From positions 1 through 26,419 of the forward strand of contig NC_010629.1 of NCBI RefSeq assembly GCF_000020025.1: DNA of 26,419 nucleotides. The letters run 5' to 3'. This document shows positions 1 through 7,188 of this stretch, in pieces. Below the pieces are notes generated by a model. That model was not told the origin of the DNA and made no database searches. It saw only the letters and a program-made list of their open reading frames with translations. A program made the translations under genes and the position numbers. Source of the stretch: Nostoc punctiforme PCC 73102 (GTDB lineage: Bacteria > Cyanobacteriota > Cyanobacteriia > Cyanobacteriales > Nostocaceae). How positions within the stretch are numbered: position 1 is the stretch's first letter; every line of letters begins with the position of its first letter.

Positions 1-90
1 ATTAATTACAAAAATACATTTATAACTAGAAAATGACCACTTTTACACGGTCTTTGTATCTCAGTAATGTAAAGCTAAATTAATTACAAG
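1..90. repeat. Octad-motif copies (ATTACAAA / TGTAAA) continuing the par operator-like array from the window end
   Basis: ATTACAAA 5-12, AATACATT 13-20, TGTAAA 68-73, ATTACAAG 83-90. If the window ends are joined, tgta(26416-26419)+atta(1-4) makes one more octad, in phase with 26376-26415. Confidence 0.5.
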
Positions 91-178
91 TTTATCTAAT
101 GTCTGTTGTGATCTCAAGGCAGGCTTGTTTGTTATTAGTAGAGTAGATTCTCTCAAGAAACCCAAATTACACGGTTGT

Positions 179-246
179 CGGCTCAATGCCAAAAAAGCGA
201 TCGCGTTAGATCAATATATATAGGCAGTAATTACACGTAATGGCTC
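179..246 (+). repeat. 68-bp direct repeat, copy A (contains a HIP1 octamer)
   Basis: cggctcaatgccaaaaaagcgatcgcgttagatcaatatatataggcagtaattacacgtaatggctc matches 1022-1089 at 61/68 positions, in the same orientation, offset 843 bp. Confidence 0.85.
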
Positions 247-506
247 TTTCATTTTATGCACTCGCAGTTTTGATTCGGAAAAATTCTATATAATCCTACC
301 GTAAAGGGTGATTATACGGAAACTTCCTGTATAATAAATAGTTGGGCGGGGGAAAGGCAGTACATGAGCAGCAATTCTGAGAGATGGCGACGTATGGTTC
401 AAGTGTAAGCGGTACTCGAACGTACTTTGTTGTTAAAACGCGATTCTTTCGCTCTCTTCAATGGAAGGGAGCTTCGTAACATGTGCATTTCAGCAGGGAG
501 GTTCGT

Positions 507-917
507 ATGAAAAACTTTGTTCCAACAAGTATCGCATTGGCAGGTCTTGTGATGCTTGCTGCGTCCGCAGCGCCTATACACGCGCAATGTGCATCGCCGA
601 AGTATGTTAGCGGAGTTTGGAAGGCGAATGATGGGGGCACATACCGCCTTCATGCCATCGGCAGTACCATTTGGTGGGTCGGAATGAGCGGTGACGACGG
701 TCGTTCCTGGACGAACGTGTTCAAAGGTACGCGAAACGGCAATATCATTGATGGGGATTGGGCCGACGTTCGCGGACAACCGTGGGGGCATGGAACGCTC
801 AAGCTACGGATCTCGGGTACAACTTTTATGGAGAAGATCGACGGCACTGGCAGCGGATTCGGCGGGATTCGTTGGGGCCGTGGCGGATGTAACGACACGC
901 AAGGCAACCCGGGGTAG
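507..917 (+). CDS. Small secreted protein of unknown function (136 aa), markedly GC-rich relative to its neighbours
   Basis: ATG at 507 lies 6 nt after the AGGGAGG at 495-501. Signal peptide MKNFVPTSIALAGLVMLAASAAPIHA|Q. Mature part is Gly/Trp-rich with one Cys near each end. G/C-ending codons are unlike the rest of the window. The ORF-track start (GTG 483) is less likely. Confidence 0.7.
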   Translation: MKNFVPTSIALAGLVMLAASAAPIHAQCASPKYVSGVWKANDGGTYRLHAIGSTIWWVGMSGDDGRSWTNVFKGTRNGNIIDGDWADVRGQPWGHGTLKLRISGTTFMEKIDGTGSGFGGIRWGRGGCNDTQGNPG

Positions 918-948
918 TGTGAAGGTAGCTGCAACCAGGGGCAAACTC
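911..948 (+). repeat. Degenerate solo copy of the MITE terminal inverted repeat, overlapping the stop codon of the 507-917 CDS
   Basis: ggggtagtgtgaaggtagctgcaaccaggggcaaactc matches the MITE end at 1719-1756 (ggggtagtgttacggaaagtgtcaccaggggcaaagta) at 29/38 positions. This includes identical blocks ggggtagtgt and accaggggcaaa. Confidence 0.55.
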
Positions 949-1021
949 AACAGTTTAGTTTATATAAATTGATAAATATGTTTTCCGCCCAAGCAGCGAT
1001 CGCTCTTGTTGGGTTAATCTG

Positions 1022-1089
1022 CGGCTGAATGCCAAAAAAGCGATCACGCCAGATCAATATATATAGGCTCTGATTACACGTAATGGCTC
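1022..1089 (+). repeat. 68-bp direct repeat, copy B
   Basis: Matches 179-246 at 61/68 positions. The HIP1 site is degraded to gcgatcac. Confidence 0.85.
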
Positions 1090-1148
1090 AAAGGTGGAAT
1101 AGGCAAAAGTATACTTGAAAAAATCTTTCTCCCCCAGCCTCCCCAGCT

Positions 1149-1178
1149 TGCGAGGCTCGACCTCGCACCTTTATTTCG
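1149..1178 (+). terminator. Possible intrinsic terminator hairpin
   Basis: tgcgagg-ctcga-cctcgca gives a 7-bp GC-rich stem followed by cctttatttcg. Which transcript it would terminate is unclear. Confidence 0.3.
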
Positions 1179-1248
1179 CGGTCGTACCTATTCCCAAAGC
1201 TGATAAATTCAAACCAAAATTCAATAATTTTACATTTAATGGGTGGGT

Positions 1249-1566
1249 TTATTTTAATGCTTTTAAATCATGTAAGGTACAGAGCAAACGAGGCTTTTCA
1301 GGATCAGTCAAATCTAGCTGCTCCCAAGATATTGTATAGCCACTGTGGATCTTGTGTGCCCCAAAAAGGTGTAAGATTCTCAACCCAATTGTCCAAGCAG
1401 ATAGTCTTTCTAACACAGCAATGGTTCCGATCAGATATTCCTGAATAACCCATTCTTCACCTCGTTGTTCGGCACGTACTTCCTCAATGCGTCCGGCGGA
1501 TTTGCCAGTTGAATCCAATACTTGTTTGCCCAGTAGCAGTTCCAGATGAATTTCACGAGTTGCCAT
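1249..1566 (-). CDS. PRC-barrel domain protein (105 aa)
   Basis: MATREIHLELLLGKQVLDSTGKSAGRIEEVRAEQRGEEWVIQEYLIGT... fits the PRC-barrel pattern (LLGKxVxDxxGxxxGxIxE...WxIxEYLxG). I prefer the ATG at 1566. The 167-aa track ORF extends upstream through out-of-frame sequence of the neighbouring disrupted gene. Confidence 0.75.
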   Translation of the reverse strand: MATREIHLELLLGKQVLDSTGKSAGRIEEVRAEQRGEEWVIQEYLIGTIAVLERLSAWTIGLRILHLFGAHKIHSGYTISWEQLDLTDPEKPRLLCTLHDLKALK

Positions 1567-2210
1567 GTTCTGCCCCTGGAATTCGTCCAATAATGTGTTC
1601 CCGAAGCCATTTTTCAGAAGCCAATGCCGGAGTTGCGTCAGCTTCAATCTCGACTTCAACATCGATACCAACATCCCGCACTTTTGACCACGGAATTCTA
1701 AACGGTTCACTTTGTTTAGGGGTAGTGTTACGGAAAGTGTCACCAGGGGCAAAGTAATGAATAAAGTACCGAATTTTATTGAGGAGTTGGAACTTTATCC
1801 ACTTTGATTCTGCTTCAGTGGGTAAAAAGGGTTGAACAGCACATAAAAATCGCTCTTTAGTTCCGACTCCATTTTTTATCGGAACTTTTTAGCAATGGTG
1901 AGTGATCGCTATCCCCAATCATTATAAAAGCTGAAACGCTTGTCTGGTAGTACTTACACGCTACTTTGCCCCTGGTGACAGCTTCCGTAACTTTACCCCG
2001 TTTAGCACCCCAACTACTTTGAATTGCTGCTACCCACCTTCCTAAACGTGGATGAATCCGTCGTGCAAGAGTTGTCATACCAGTTTCGATATAAGAGAGT
2101 CGTGGCGGTTCCCCGTCGCGCAACTCTATGACAATTCCATCGACTTTACCCAGCTTATGCTGATCGCTGTCAACTAATTGGTTATCGAGTACATCTCTAA
2201 TAATGTTCAT
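1553..2210 (-). pseudogene. PRC-barrel domain gene interrupted by a 281-bp MITE
   Basis: The 5' part (2210 down to 2000) encodes MNIIRDVLDNQLVDSDQHKLGKVDGIVIELRDGEPPRLSYIETG...WGAK. The 3' part (1713 down to 1553, a different frame) encodes QSEPFRIPWSKVRDVGIDVEVEIEADATPALASEKWLREHIIGRIPGAEHGNS*. Removing 1719-1999 plus one GTTTA copy restores a 123-codon ORF in frame. Confidence 0.85.
1719..1999. mobile_element. MITE-like non-autonomous element (281 bp, about 38-bp TIRs, 5-bp TSD GTTTA)
   Basis: The TIR at 1719-1756 matches the reverse complement of 1962-1999 at 34/38 positions (core 1727-1756 vs 1962-1991 at 28/30). GTTTA occurs at 1714-1718 and 2000-2004. There is no internal ORF. Internal hairpin agttccga...tcggaact. 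Confidence 0.85.
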
Positions 2211-2530
2211 TTTTTATCACTTCCAGTTGATTATTGATGTATTTAACGTAAACACGCAGCAGCGATCACCCTCCAAGAATTTCTAGTGGAATAGCAACGA
2301 TCGCTTTCATCGAAAGTAGGATAAGCGTGTAGCTGTTACCAGAGACGTGCTGGGGTTAGCCACGACTAACTAAGGCATCTGTGACGAGCAGCTTTTGGTA
2401 AAACAGCTAGGCGAATCCATCCTAACGGGGTTATTTTTCTAGCTAAATTTGTTTAATTAGACTGAAGGCTTATTCCGCTCTCTACGTTGCAATAGAAGAG
2501 GTAAGCTATATCAGCAAACTATAGGACGGC

Positions 2531-2977
2531 ATGAGGACGAATCAAACGAGCAATCGAGAAAGTAAGTTAAATTCACGACAGCGCCTTGTTGGAATCAGGA
2601 TCTTGCTAGTAGAGGATGAGCCAGATATTGCAGACCTGCTCATCTTCGTTCTGGAAACAGCAGGTGCAGAGGTGATGGCTTTGATCAACGCAGAAGCAGC
2701 CTTCGGCATCCTCGAATCGTTTCATCCGAATATTCTGGTATCCAATGTCAAGTTGCCTCATCATAATGGAAATTGGTTGATTGAGCAAATTCGGGGACAT
2801 TCCAGCCCATACTTCCGGCAGTTGCCAGCAATCGCTATTACTTCTTATACACGGGAATTTTCCGAAAGTAAGGCTTTAAATGCAGGCTTTAATCGATTTC
2901 TAGTCAAGCTTGAGAATCTAGAGTCAATAGAGGGTGTGATAGTTGATTTACTATCCAGCCGTGATTATACGGACTAA
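2531..2977 (+). CDS. Single-domain CheY-like receiver with Asn replacing the phospho-acceptor Asp (pseudo-receiver)
   Basis: RILLVEDEPD acidic pocket, conserved Thr/Ser (AIAITSY) and Lys (FLVK). The acceptor position reads NILVSNVKLP, where the neighbouring regulator has DIVISDIGMP. Confidence 0.8.
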   Translation: MRTNQTSNRESKLNSRQRLVGIRILLVEDEPDIADLLIFVLETAGAEVMALINAEAAFGILESFHPNILVSNVKLPHHNGNWLIEQIRGHSSPYFRQLPAIAITSYTREFSESKALNAGFNRFLVKLENLESIEGVIVDLLSSRDYTD

Positions 2978-3067
2978 AGTCAGCAACAAGCGTACTCAAG
3001 TCATGAACCTGTGGTTTACCGCTATCTAATGGCTCTTAAGTTCTAAGGCTATGAGTTGGACTTATCT

Positions 3068-3541
3068 TTATATAGTTTGTCCTGTAAGCCTTGCTACAAC
3101 TGCAACAAGATCATCAGGTTCAAAAGGCTTACAAATAACCTCTTGAAACCCTGCATCTATTGCTTCGCTAATGTCTTCTGGATACGCATAACTTGTTAAA
3201 GCCACAGCTGGAAGAAACCCACCCATTGACGCTTCTTTGTTTCTGATGGAGGTAACTAGTGAGTAACCGTCCTTGTCAGGCATCCCGATGTCGCTGATCA
3301 CAATATCTGGTTTCCACTCTTCAATTGCTTCTATAGCTTCATCCACCGATGTTGCCGTTTTGGTTTGTGCCTGGTAATCTGACAAAATAAACGTAACTAT
3401 ACACAAGCAATCGTCATTGTCATTGTCATCTACCACAAGTACCCTTAAACCATTGAGGGATGGAGATTGACTTTGCGGTATTTGCTCTAAAAACTCTCTA
3501 TCTTTTTGTGGATATGTCACGTTAGAATTTTTTGGCAACAT
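3068..3541 (-). CDS. Single-domain CheY-like response regulator receiver (canonical)
   Basis: VLVVDDNDND..., PDIVISDIGMPDKDGY (acceptor Asp), AVALTSYA, ICKPFEP. AGGAGG lies 8 nt upstream of the ATG at 3541. Confidence 0.9.
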   Translation of the reverse strand: MLPKNSNVTYPQKDREFLEQIPQSQSPSLNGLRVLVVDDNDNDDCLCIVTFILSDYQAQTKTATSVDEAIEAIEEWKPDIVISDIGMPDKDGYSLVTSIRNKEASMGGFLPAVALTSYAYPEDISEAIDAGFQEVICKPFEPDDLVAVVARLTGQTI

Positions 3542-3583
3542 AAAATAACCTCCTACTTGGTGATCTCAATTAGGAGTCTTAAT

Positions 3584-3609
3584 AAGCAGATGGTGGTCGC
3601 CATCTGCTT
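3584..3609. other. Perfect 10-bp stem hairpin in the 5' leader region of the response-regulator gene
   Basis: aagcagatgg-tggtcg-ccatctgctt, followed by tt on the plus strand. Function unknown. Confidence 0.4.
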
Positions 3610-3913
3610 TTAGACATTTTCATTACTAAATCAATAATAGAATAATCTATATAGCCCTATATTTTCAATTACTCTTTCTCTTAAGCTTGTTATAGCAAGC
3701 TTTGACCTCACACACCAAAGACATCACTTGTGTAAAGTAGTACTTATTCCACTAGAATTCTAGGTAATAAAGTAATCATTTATCAGTGTGGTAGTTCAGA
3801 AAAGATTACGATTAATAACCTTATCCTTCTCAAATAAATCTGACTTAACCGACCAGAATCGAGTCGAATTATTACAATCCAAGCAACTCTTAAGTTCTAG
3901 GCGGCGAAGCTCC

Positions 3914-3978
3914 GTGTCTGCCGATGCCTGTAACAATCTGAGTGTCTCAACGAGTGGATTTGTGGCAGTGGCAGACAC
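3914..3978. repeat. Minor cluster of the GTGTCT motif (2 forward, 1 reverse) just downstream of the relaxase gene
   Basis: GTGTCT at 3914 and 3942, AGACAC at 3973. The 10-mer gtgtctgccg is shared with the main array at 10347-10356. Spacings are 28 and 31 bp. Confidence 0.35.
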
Positions 3979-4017
3979 CGACTATTTGAGCGAAGCGGTT
4001 AAGAGTTGCGCCATCAC

Positions 4018-6657
4018 CTAGAGGGAAATTCCTTTACTCTGTCTTCTTTCTTGTTGCCGCTTTTCTTCTATTATTTGTTGCAATATACGCTCTGCTTTTT
4101 GCCAAAGCTGAATATCTTCTCTTTCTATTTCCCCCACATTAATCGGTGAATACTCAAGCTTACCTGAATGGTTTCGGTTAACTGCCACCCGAAAAATTTC
4201 ACCTCGTTCATCATGGGTAAATACCAGTTCTTTCCCCTGCTTTTCCAGAGTGGCACGTTTAAATCTAAGGCTATTCTCACTACTTTCTTTTAATTGCCAA
4301 TTGATGAGTTCAACAGCAATAGGCACAGCTATAGCTAATAATTCTTGCTCTTGACGCTGCTTTTCTGTGAGTGAATTTTCTGGCTCTGACTTTTGAGTTG
4401 CCAGTTGATTGCTAGCGATAAGTACCAATTCTCTGGCTTCATCTTGTGTCCATCCGGCTGGACTGGCTTTGAGAATTTCTTCAACATCTTGGGGTAGTTT
4501 ATTATCTTTGAGCGCCTGTATAGCAATTTCTTTATCTCGGTCAGTCACTAATAAGTTTTGCAAATCGGTGCTGTAATACTCATATAATTCTGCTGTTTGA
4601 TTAGATTTTAGCTTTAGTTTATCTATGGCTAAATTTTGAGCTTTATTAAGAGCAATTGCATCCACTGTTTTTTGCGATCTATGGAGTTGCTCCAAATAAA
4701 CAATCGCTGCTTCCAGGTTGTCGAATATGGTTCTTCCGGCTTCTACCTGCTGCTGATTTTGAGAAAGTTGTTGTGTTAATTCTAATACTGTTTCAGTTAA
4801 TGCTGAAGAGACAGTCGATTGCTCAATATAATCAAAAATTGATGAAATGGCTCTCTTCTCTAGATATGATTGTAACTCATTCGCAAGCACTGCATTCAGG
4901 TCATTAAATGTAGCTTTAGCTGTAACAAGCTGCTCTTTGTATTGAGAAAGTTGTTGCGTTAATTCTAATACTGCTTCAGTTAAGGCTGACTCGACAGTTG
5001 ATTGCTCAATATAATCATATATTGATAAGATAGCTTTCTTCTCTGCATGGGATTGCAACTCAGCCGTCAACGCTGTTTCAAAGTCATTGAATGTAGTTTT
5101 CGCTTCAACTAACTGCTGATGATATTGAGAAATTTGCTGTGTTAATCCTAATACTGTTTCAGTTAAAGCTGACTCGATAGTTGATTGCTCAATATAATCA
5201 TATATTGATAAAATAGCTCTCTTCTCTGGATGAGATTGTAACTCAGCCGTCAATGCTTCATCAAAGTCATTAAATGTAGTTTTCGCTTCAAGTAGCTGCT
5301 GATGATATTGAGACAGTTGCTCTGTTAATCCTAATACTGCTTGGCTTAAAGCAGATTCGATAGTTGATTGCTCAATATAATCAGAGATTGACAAAATGGC
5401 TTTTTTCTCTGCGTGGGATTGCAACTCAGTCGTTAACCCTGTTTCAAAGTCATTGAATGCAGTTTTAGCTCGAAGGAGTTGCTGCCGATAAATAGATAGT
5501 TGTTCTGTTAATTGTGGCAACGTTTCAGCTAAAGTATCATCAACTGCTGACTGTTCAATAAAGTTAGAGATTGTATTTATGAGTTCTGAACTGGCTTGTT
5601 GTTCTGCATCTGATTTAGCTGGATTTATCTGGTGTTTATTTTCAGCTATAGCTTGAGCTTTTTTCGGGAATATGGTTGGTATTAGCTCTTGATTAAGTTG
5701 GCTGTTATCTACAGAATCTAAGAAATTATTTAAGTGTTTAATTTCGCTATCGTCCCGTTTGGGGTCGTAATTTATCCCCAATTCTGTCTGAAGCTTTGTA
5801 AATGAACACTTATATTTATTGAGATTACCTCCCTGTTTCCAGAGGAAACGGGGGCTACCATCTTCATTAACTGAGCCGACATCAATGCCAAACTTGATGC
5901 CCCTTACCCCACCGTGACCGTAATAACTAACGACAGCTTTGACGTGATACTCTCTCCATAACTGCTCAATTAGCTGGGGCATTGTGGGTTTATTTACTGC
6001 CACTTGCTCAATCGCCCGTCGCATTATTTCTTCGCCTGGAAGTCCATCGCATTCGACTCGTTCCAGTTGATTACGAGTCATAGCCTTTTGCTTACTCTCC
6101 CAACTGCTTTGAACTTGGGTTAGCTGAAATTCTCGCTCTAGCAGTCGGGCGGAGTGTTCAGAGTGGGCGTAATTATTCCAAGTGCGGATAGATTTACCAT
6201 CTAGGTTATTGACTCTAGATGCAACGATGTGAGTGTGGTCGTGTTCTTTATCAGAGTGCCGCGCTATAAAGAAGTCATAGGCTGGTAGTTCTGATTCTAT
6301 GAAGTCATCAACTAGCTGTTTTAGTTTGGTATCTGATATTCTTTTTTCTGGCTGTTTAACTTGGGATTCATCACCTTGAAGCCGCGATAGTACAATGACC
6401 GATGCCAAGTGACGTTGAGACAGATTAGCTAATTCGTCATCATTTAGCGTTCTATCACTTTTTGGTACACTAAGCATTAAGTGATAGCATGGGTCTTTTA
6501 GCTGCGGGTTAAGATGGGCTGATAAGGTAAACTGGTCAACCAATTCATTGGTACTTCTCCCGTACATATTCCCGCCAATAATTTTGGCTTTCTCTTTTTC
6601 AAGCACATATTTAGTAGTGCCACGAAATGATTTATTAGCCTTAACTTTGGTAATCAT
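4018..6657 (-). CDS. Relaxase/mobilisation nuclease (MobA/VirD2-type N-terminal domain) with a long repeat-containing C-terminal extension (879 aa)
   Basis: N-terminal KSFRGTTKYVLEKEK (catalytic-Tyr motif region) and the His triad RHSDKEHDHTHIV (HxDxxxHxH). Overlaps the upstream mobC by 17 nt. The middle third is five 61-aa helical repeats. Confidence 0.9.
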   Translation of the reverse strand: MITKVKANKSFRGTTKYVLEKEKAKIIGGNMYGRSTNELVDQFTLSAHLNPQLKDPCYHLMLSVPKSDRTLNDDELANLSQRHLASVIVLSRLQGDESQVKQPEKRISDTKLKQLVDDFIESELPAYDFFIARHSDKEHDHTHIVASRVNNLDGKSIRTWNNYAHSEHSARLLEREFQLTQVQSSWESKQKAMTRNQLERVECDGLPGEEIMRRAIEQVAVNKPTMPQLIEQLWREYHVKAVVSYYGHGGVRGIKFGIDVGSVNEDGSPRFLWKQGGNLNKYKCSFTKLQTELGINYDPKRDDSEIKHLNNFLDSVDNSQLNQELIPTIFPKKAQAIAENKHQINPAKSDAEQQASSELINTISNFIEQSAVDDTLAETLPQLTEQLSIYRQQLLRAKTAFNDFETGLTTELQSHAEKKAILSISDYIEQSTIESALSQAVLGLTEQLSQYHQQLLEAKTTFNDFDEALTAELQSHPEKRAILSIYDYIEQSTIESALTETVLGLTQQISQYHQQLVEAKTTFNDFETALTAELQSHAEKKAILSIYDYIEQSTVESALTEAVLELTQQLSQYKEQLVTAKATFNDLNAVLANELQSYLEKRAISSIFDYIEQSTVSSALTETVLELTQQLSQNQQQVEAGRTIFDNLEAAIVYLEQLHRSQKTVDAIALNKAQNLAIDKLKLKSNQTAELYEYYSTDLQNLLVTDRDKEIAIQALKDNKLPQDVEEILKASPAGWTQDEARELVLIASNQLATQKSEPENSLTEKQRQEQELLAIAVPIAVELINWQLKESSENSLRFKRATLEKQGKELVFTHDERGEIFRVAVNRNHSGKLEYSPINVGEIEREDIQLWQKAERILQQIIEEKRQQERRQSKGISL
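4690..5605 (-). repeat. Five tandem 183-bp (61-codon) repeats inside the relaxase gene
   Basis: The marker gattgctcaatataatca recurs at 4817, 5000, 5183 and 5366, and degenerate at 5549, with an exact 183-bp period. Peptide unit ILSIYDYIEQSTIESALTETVLGLTQQISQYHQQLVEAKTTFNDFETALTAELQSHAEKKA. Central copies are most similar to each other. Confidence 0.9.
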
Positions 6658-7087
6658 TGCGCTGCCCTTCTACCGAAGGTTGAGTGAGTGATTGGCGAGT
6701 CTGTTCTAAAAGTGCTGTCAGTTCTTCAAGAGTTTTCAGATATAATTTCACCTCGTTAGTCAACGGTTGGCTACCAATTTTCACAGCTTCGTTAATAGCC
6801 CTAGTCTGTTGATTCAGGTTGTTACCAATCTTTTTTAACTCATAGATAGCCTGTCGGTTAACTTCGGGAATGACTAATTTAGGATGTGGCAAAGGGTAGT
6901 CAAATAATCTCGCTCTTATATAGTCACTTTGCACCACTCCACTGCAACGCTGCTCTAGTCTAGTTTTCTCGGCATAGCTAGCCCTAAACGTGATGGTTAC
7001 TTCTCGCTTTTCATCTGGTGCTACTGACCGATTGGTTAATGTGTCAGCTAGTTGATTACTAAGATTGGTGCGGGGGTCTGGCTGCAT
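6641..7087 (-). CDS. mobC: MobC-family relaxosome accessory protein
   Basis: RHH-like VTITFRASYAEKTRLEQRC followed by the MobC signature LKKIGNNLNQQTRAINEAV. Located immediately upstream of the relaxase and overlapping it. Confidence 0.85.
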   Translation of the reverse strand: MQPDPRTNLSNQLADTLTNRSVAPDEKREVTITFRASYAEKTRLEQRCSGVVQSDYIRARLFDYPLPHPKLVIPEVNRQAIYELKKIGNNLNQQTRAINEAVKIGSQPLTNEVKLYLKTLEELTALLEQTRQSLTQPSVEGQRNDYQS

Positions 7088-7127
7088 AACTAATTAGGCG
7101 TTTAGCTATTTTTATCTTTATTTTTCA

Positions 7128-7188
7128 CCGGGTTATTCGCTGTAGCTGCTACGGCGCTTTGCGCCGAGCAGGTAGGCGAATAACCCGG
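7128..7188. promoter_or_regulatory. Large compound hairpin; candidate oriT inverted repeat
   Basis: Perfect 13-bp outer arms ccgggttattcgc (7128-7140) and gcgaataacccgg (7176-7188). Inner stems ctgct/agcag and cggcgc-ttt-gcgccg. It lies 41 bp upstream of mobC, between divergent mob operons. Confidence 0.5.

Noticed and set aside
399-972. ORFs 399-791(-), 458-640(-), 650-934(-) and 691-972(+), which overlap the secreted-protein gene
   Set aside because: They are antisense or alternative frames of a GC-rich gene, where long spurious ORFs are expected. None has a signal, motif or RBS as good as the 507-917 frame.
179-1089. Interpreting the direct-repeat-bracketed gene as an integron cassette
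   Set aside because: The flanking repeats are direct and nearly identical rather than attC-like imperfect palindromes. The only tyrosine recombinase here is a 200-aa FimB-like protein lying 22 kb away, not an IntI-type integrase adjacent to an attI site.
1115-1757. Plus-strand ORFs 1115-1339, 1239-1448 and 1509-1757, and the long 167-aa version of 1249-1752(-)
   Set aside because: The plus-strand ORFs are antisense to a clear PRC-barrel gene. The N-terminal 62 codons of the 167-aa ORF run out of frame across the 3' fragment of the disrupted upstream gene and into the MITE end. The ATG at 1566 gives a complete PRC-barrel domain.
3788-4021. ORFs 3788-4021(+) and 3796-3978(-) in the gap between the response regulator and the relaxase
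   Set aside because: Both start at GTG without an RBS, overlap each other on opposite strands and have low-complexity, non-protein-like sequence. The region is better explained as non-coding, with the GTGTCT copies and palindromes aagcttg..caagctt and ctagaattctag.
4335-4907. ORFs 4335-4526(-) and 4656-4907(+) inside the relaxase gene
   Set aside because: They are alternative-frame or antisense ORFs within a well-supported 879-aa CDS, and 4656-4907 lies in the tandem-repeat region.
4690-5605. Considering the regularly spaced 183-bp repeats, or the short-repeat arrays at 10241-10415 and 25331-25386, as CRISPR arrays
   Set aside because: The 183-bp units are contiguous and coding with no spacers. 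The short arrays have 6-8-bp units with 2-6-bp gaps, far from the CRISPR repeat/spacer geometry, and there are no cas genes.
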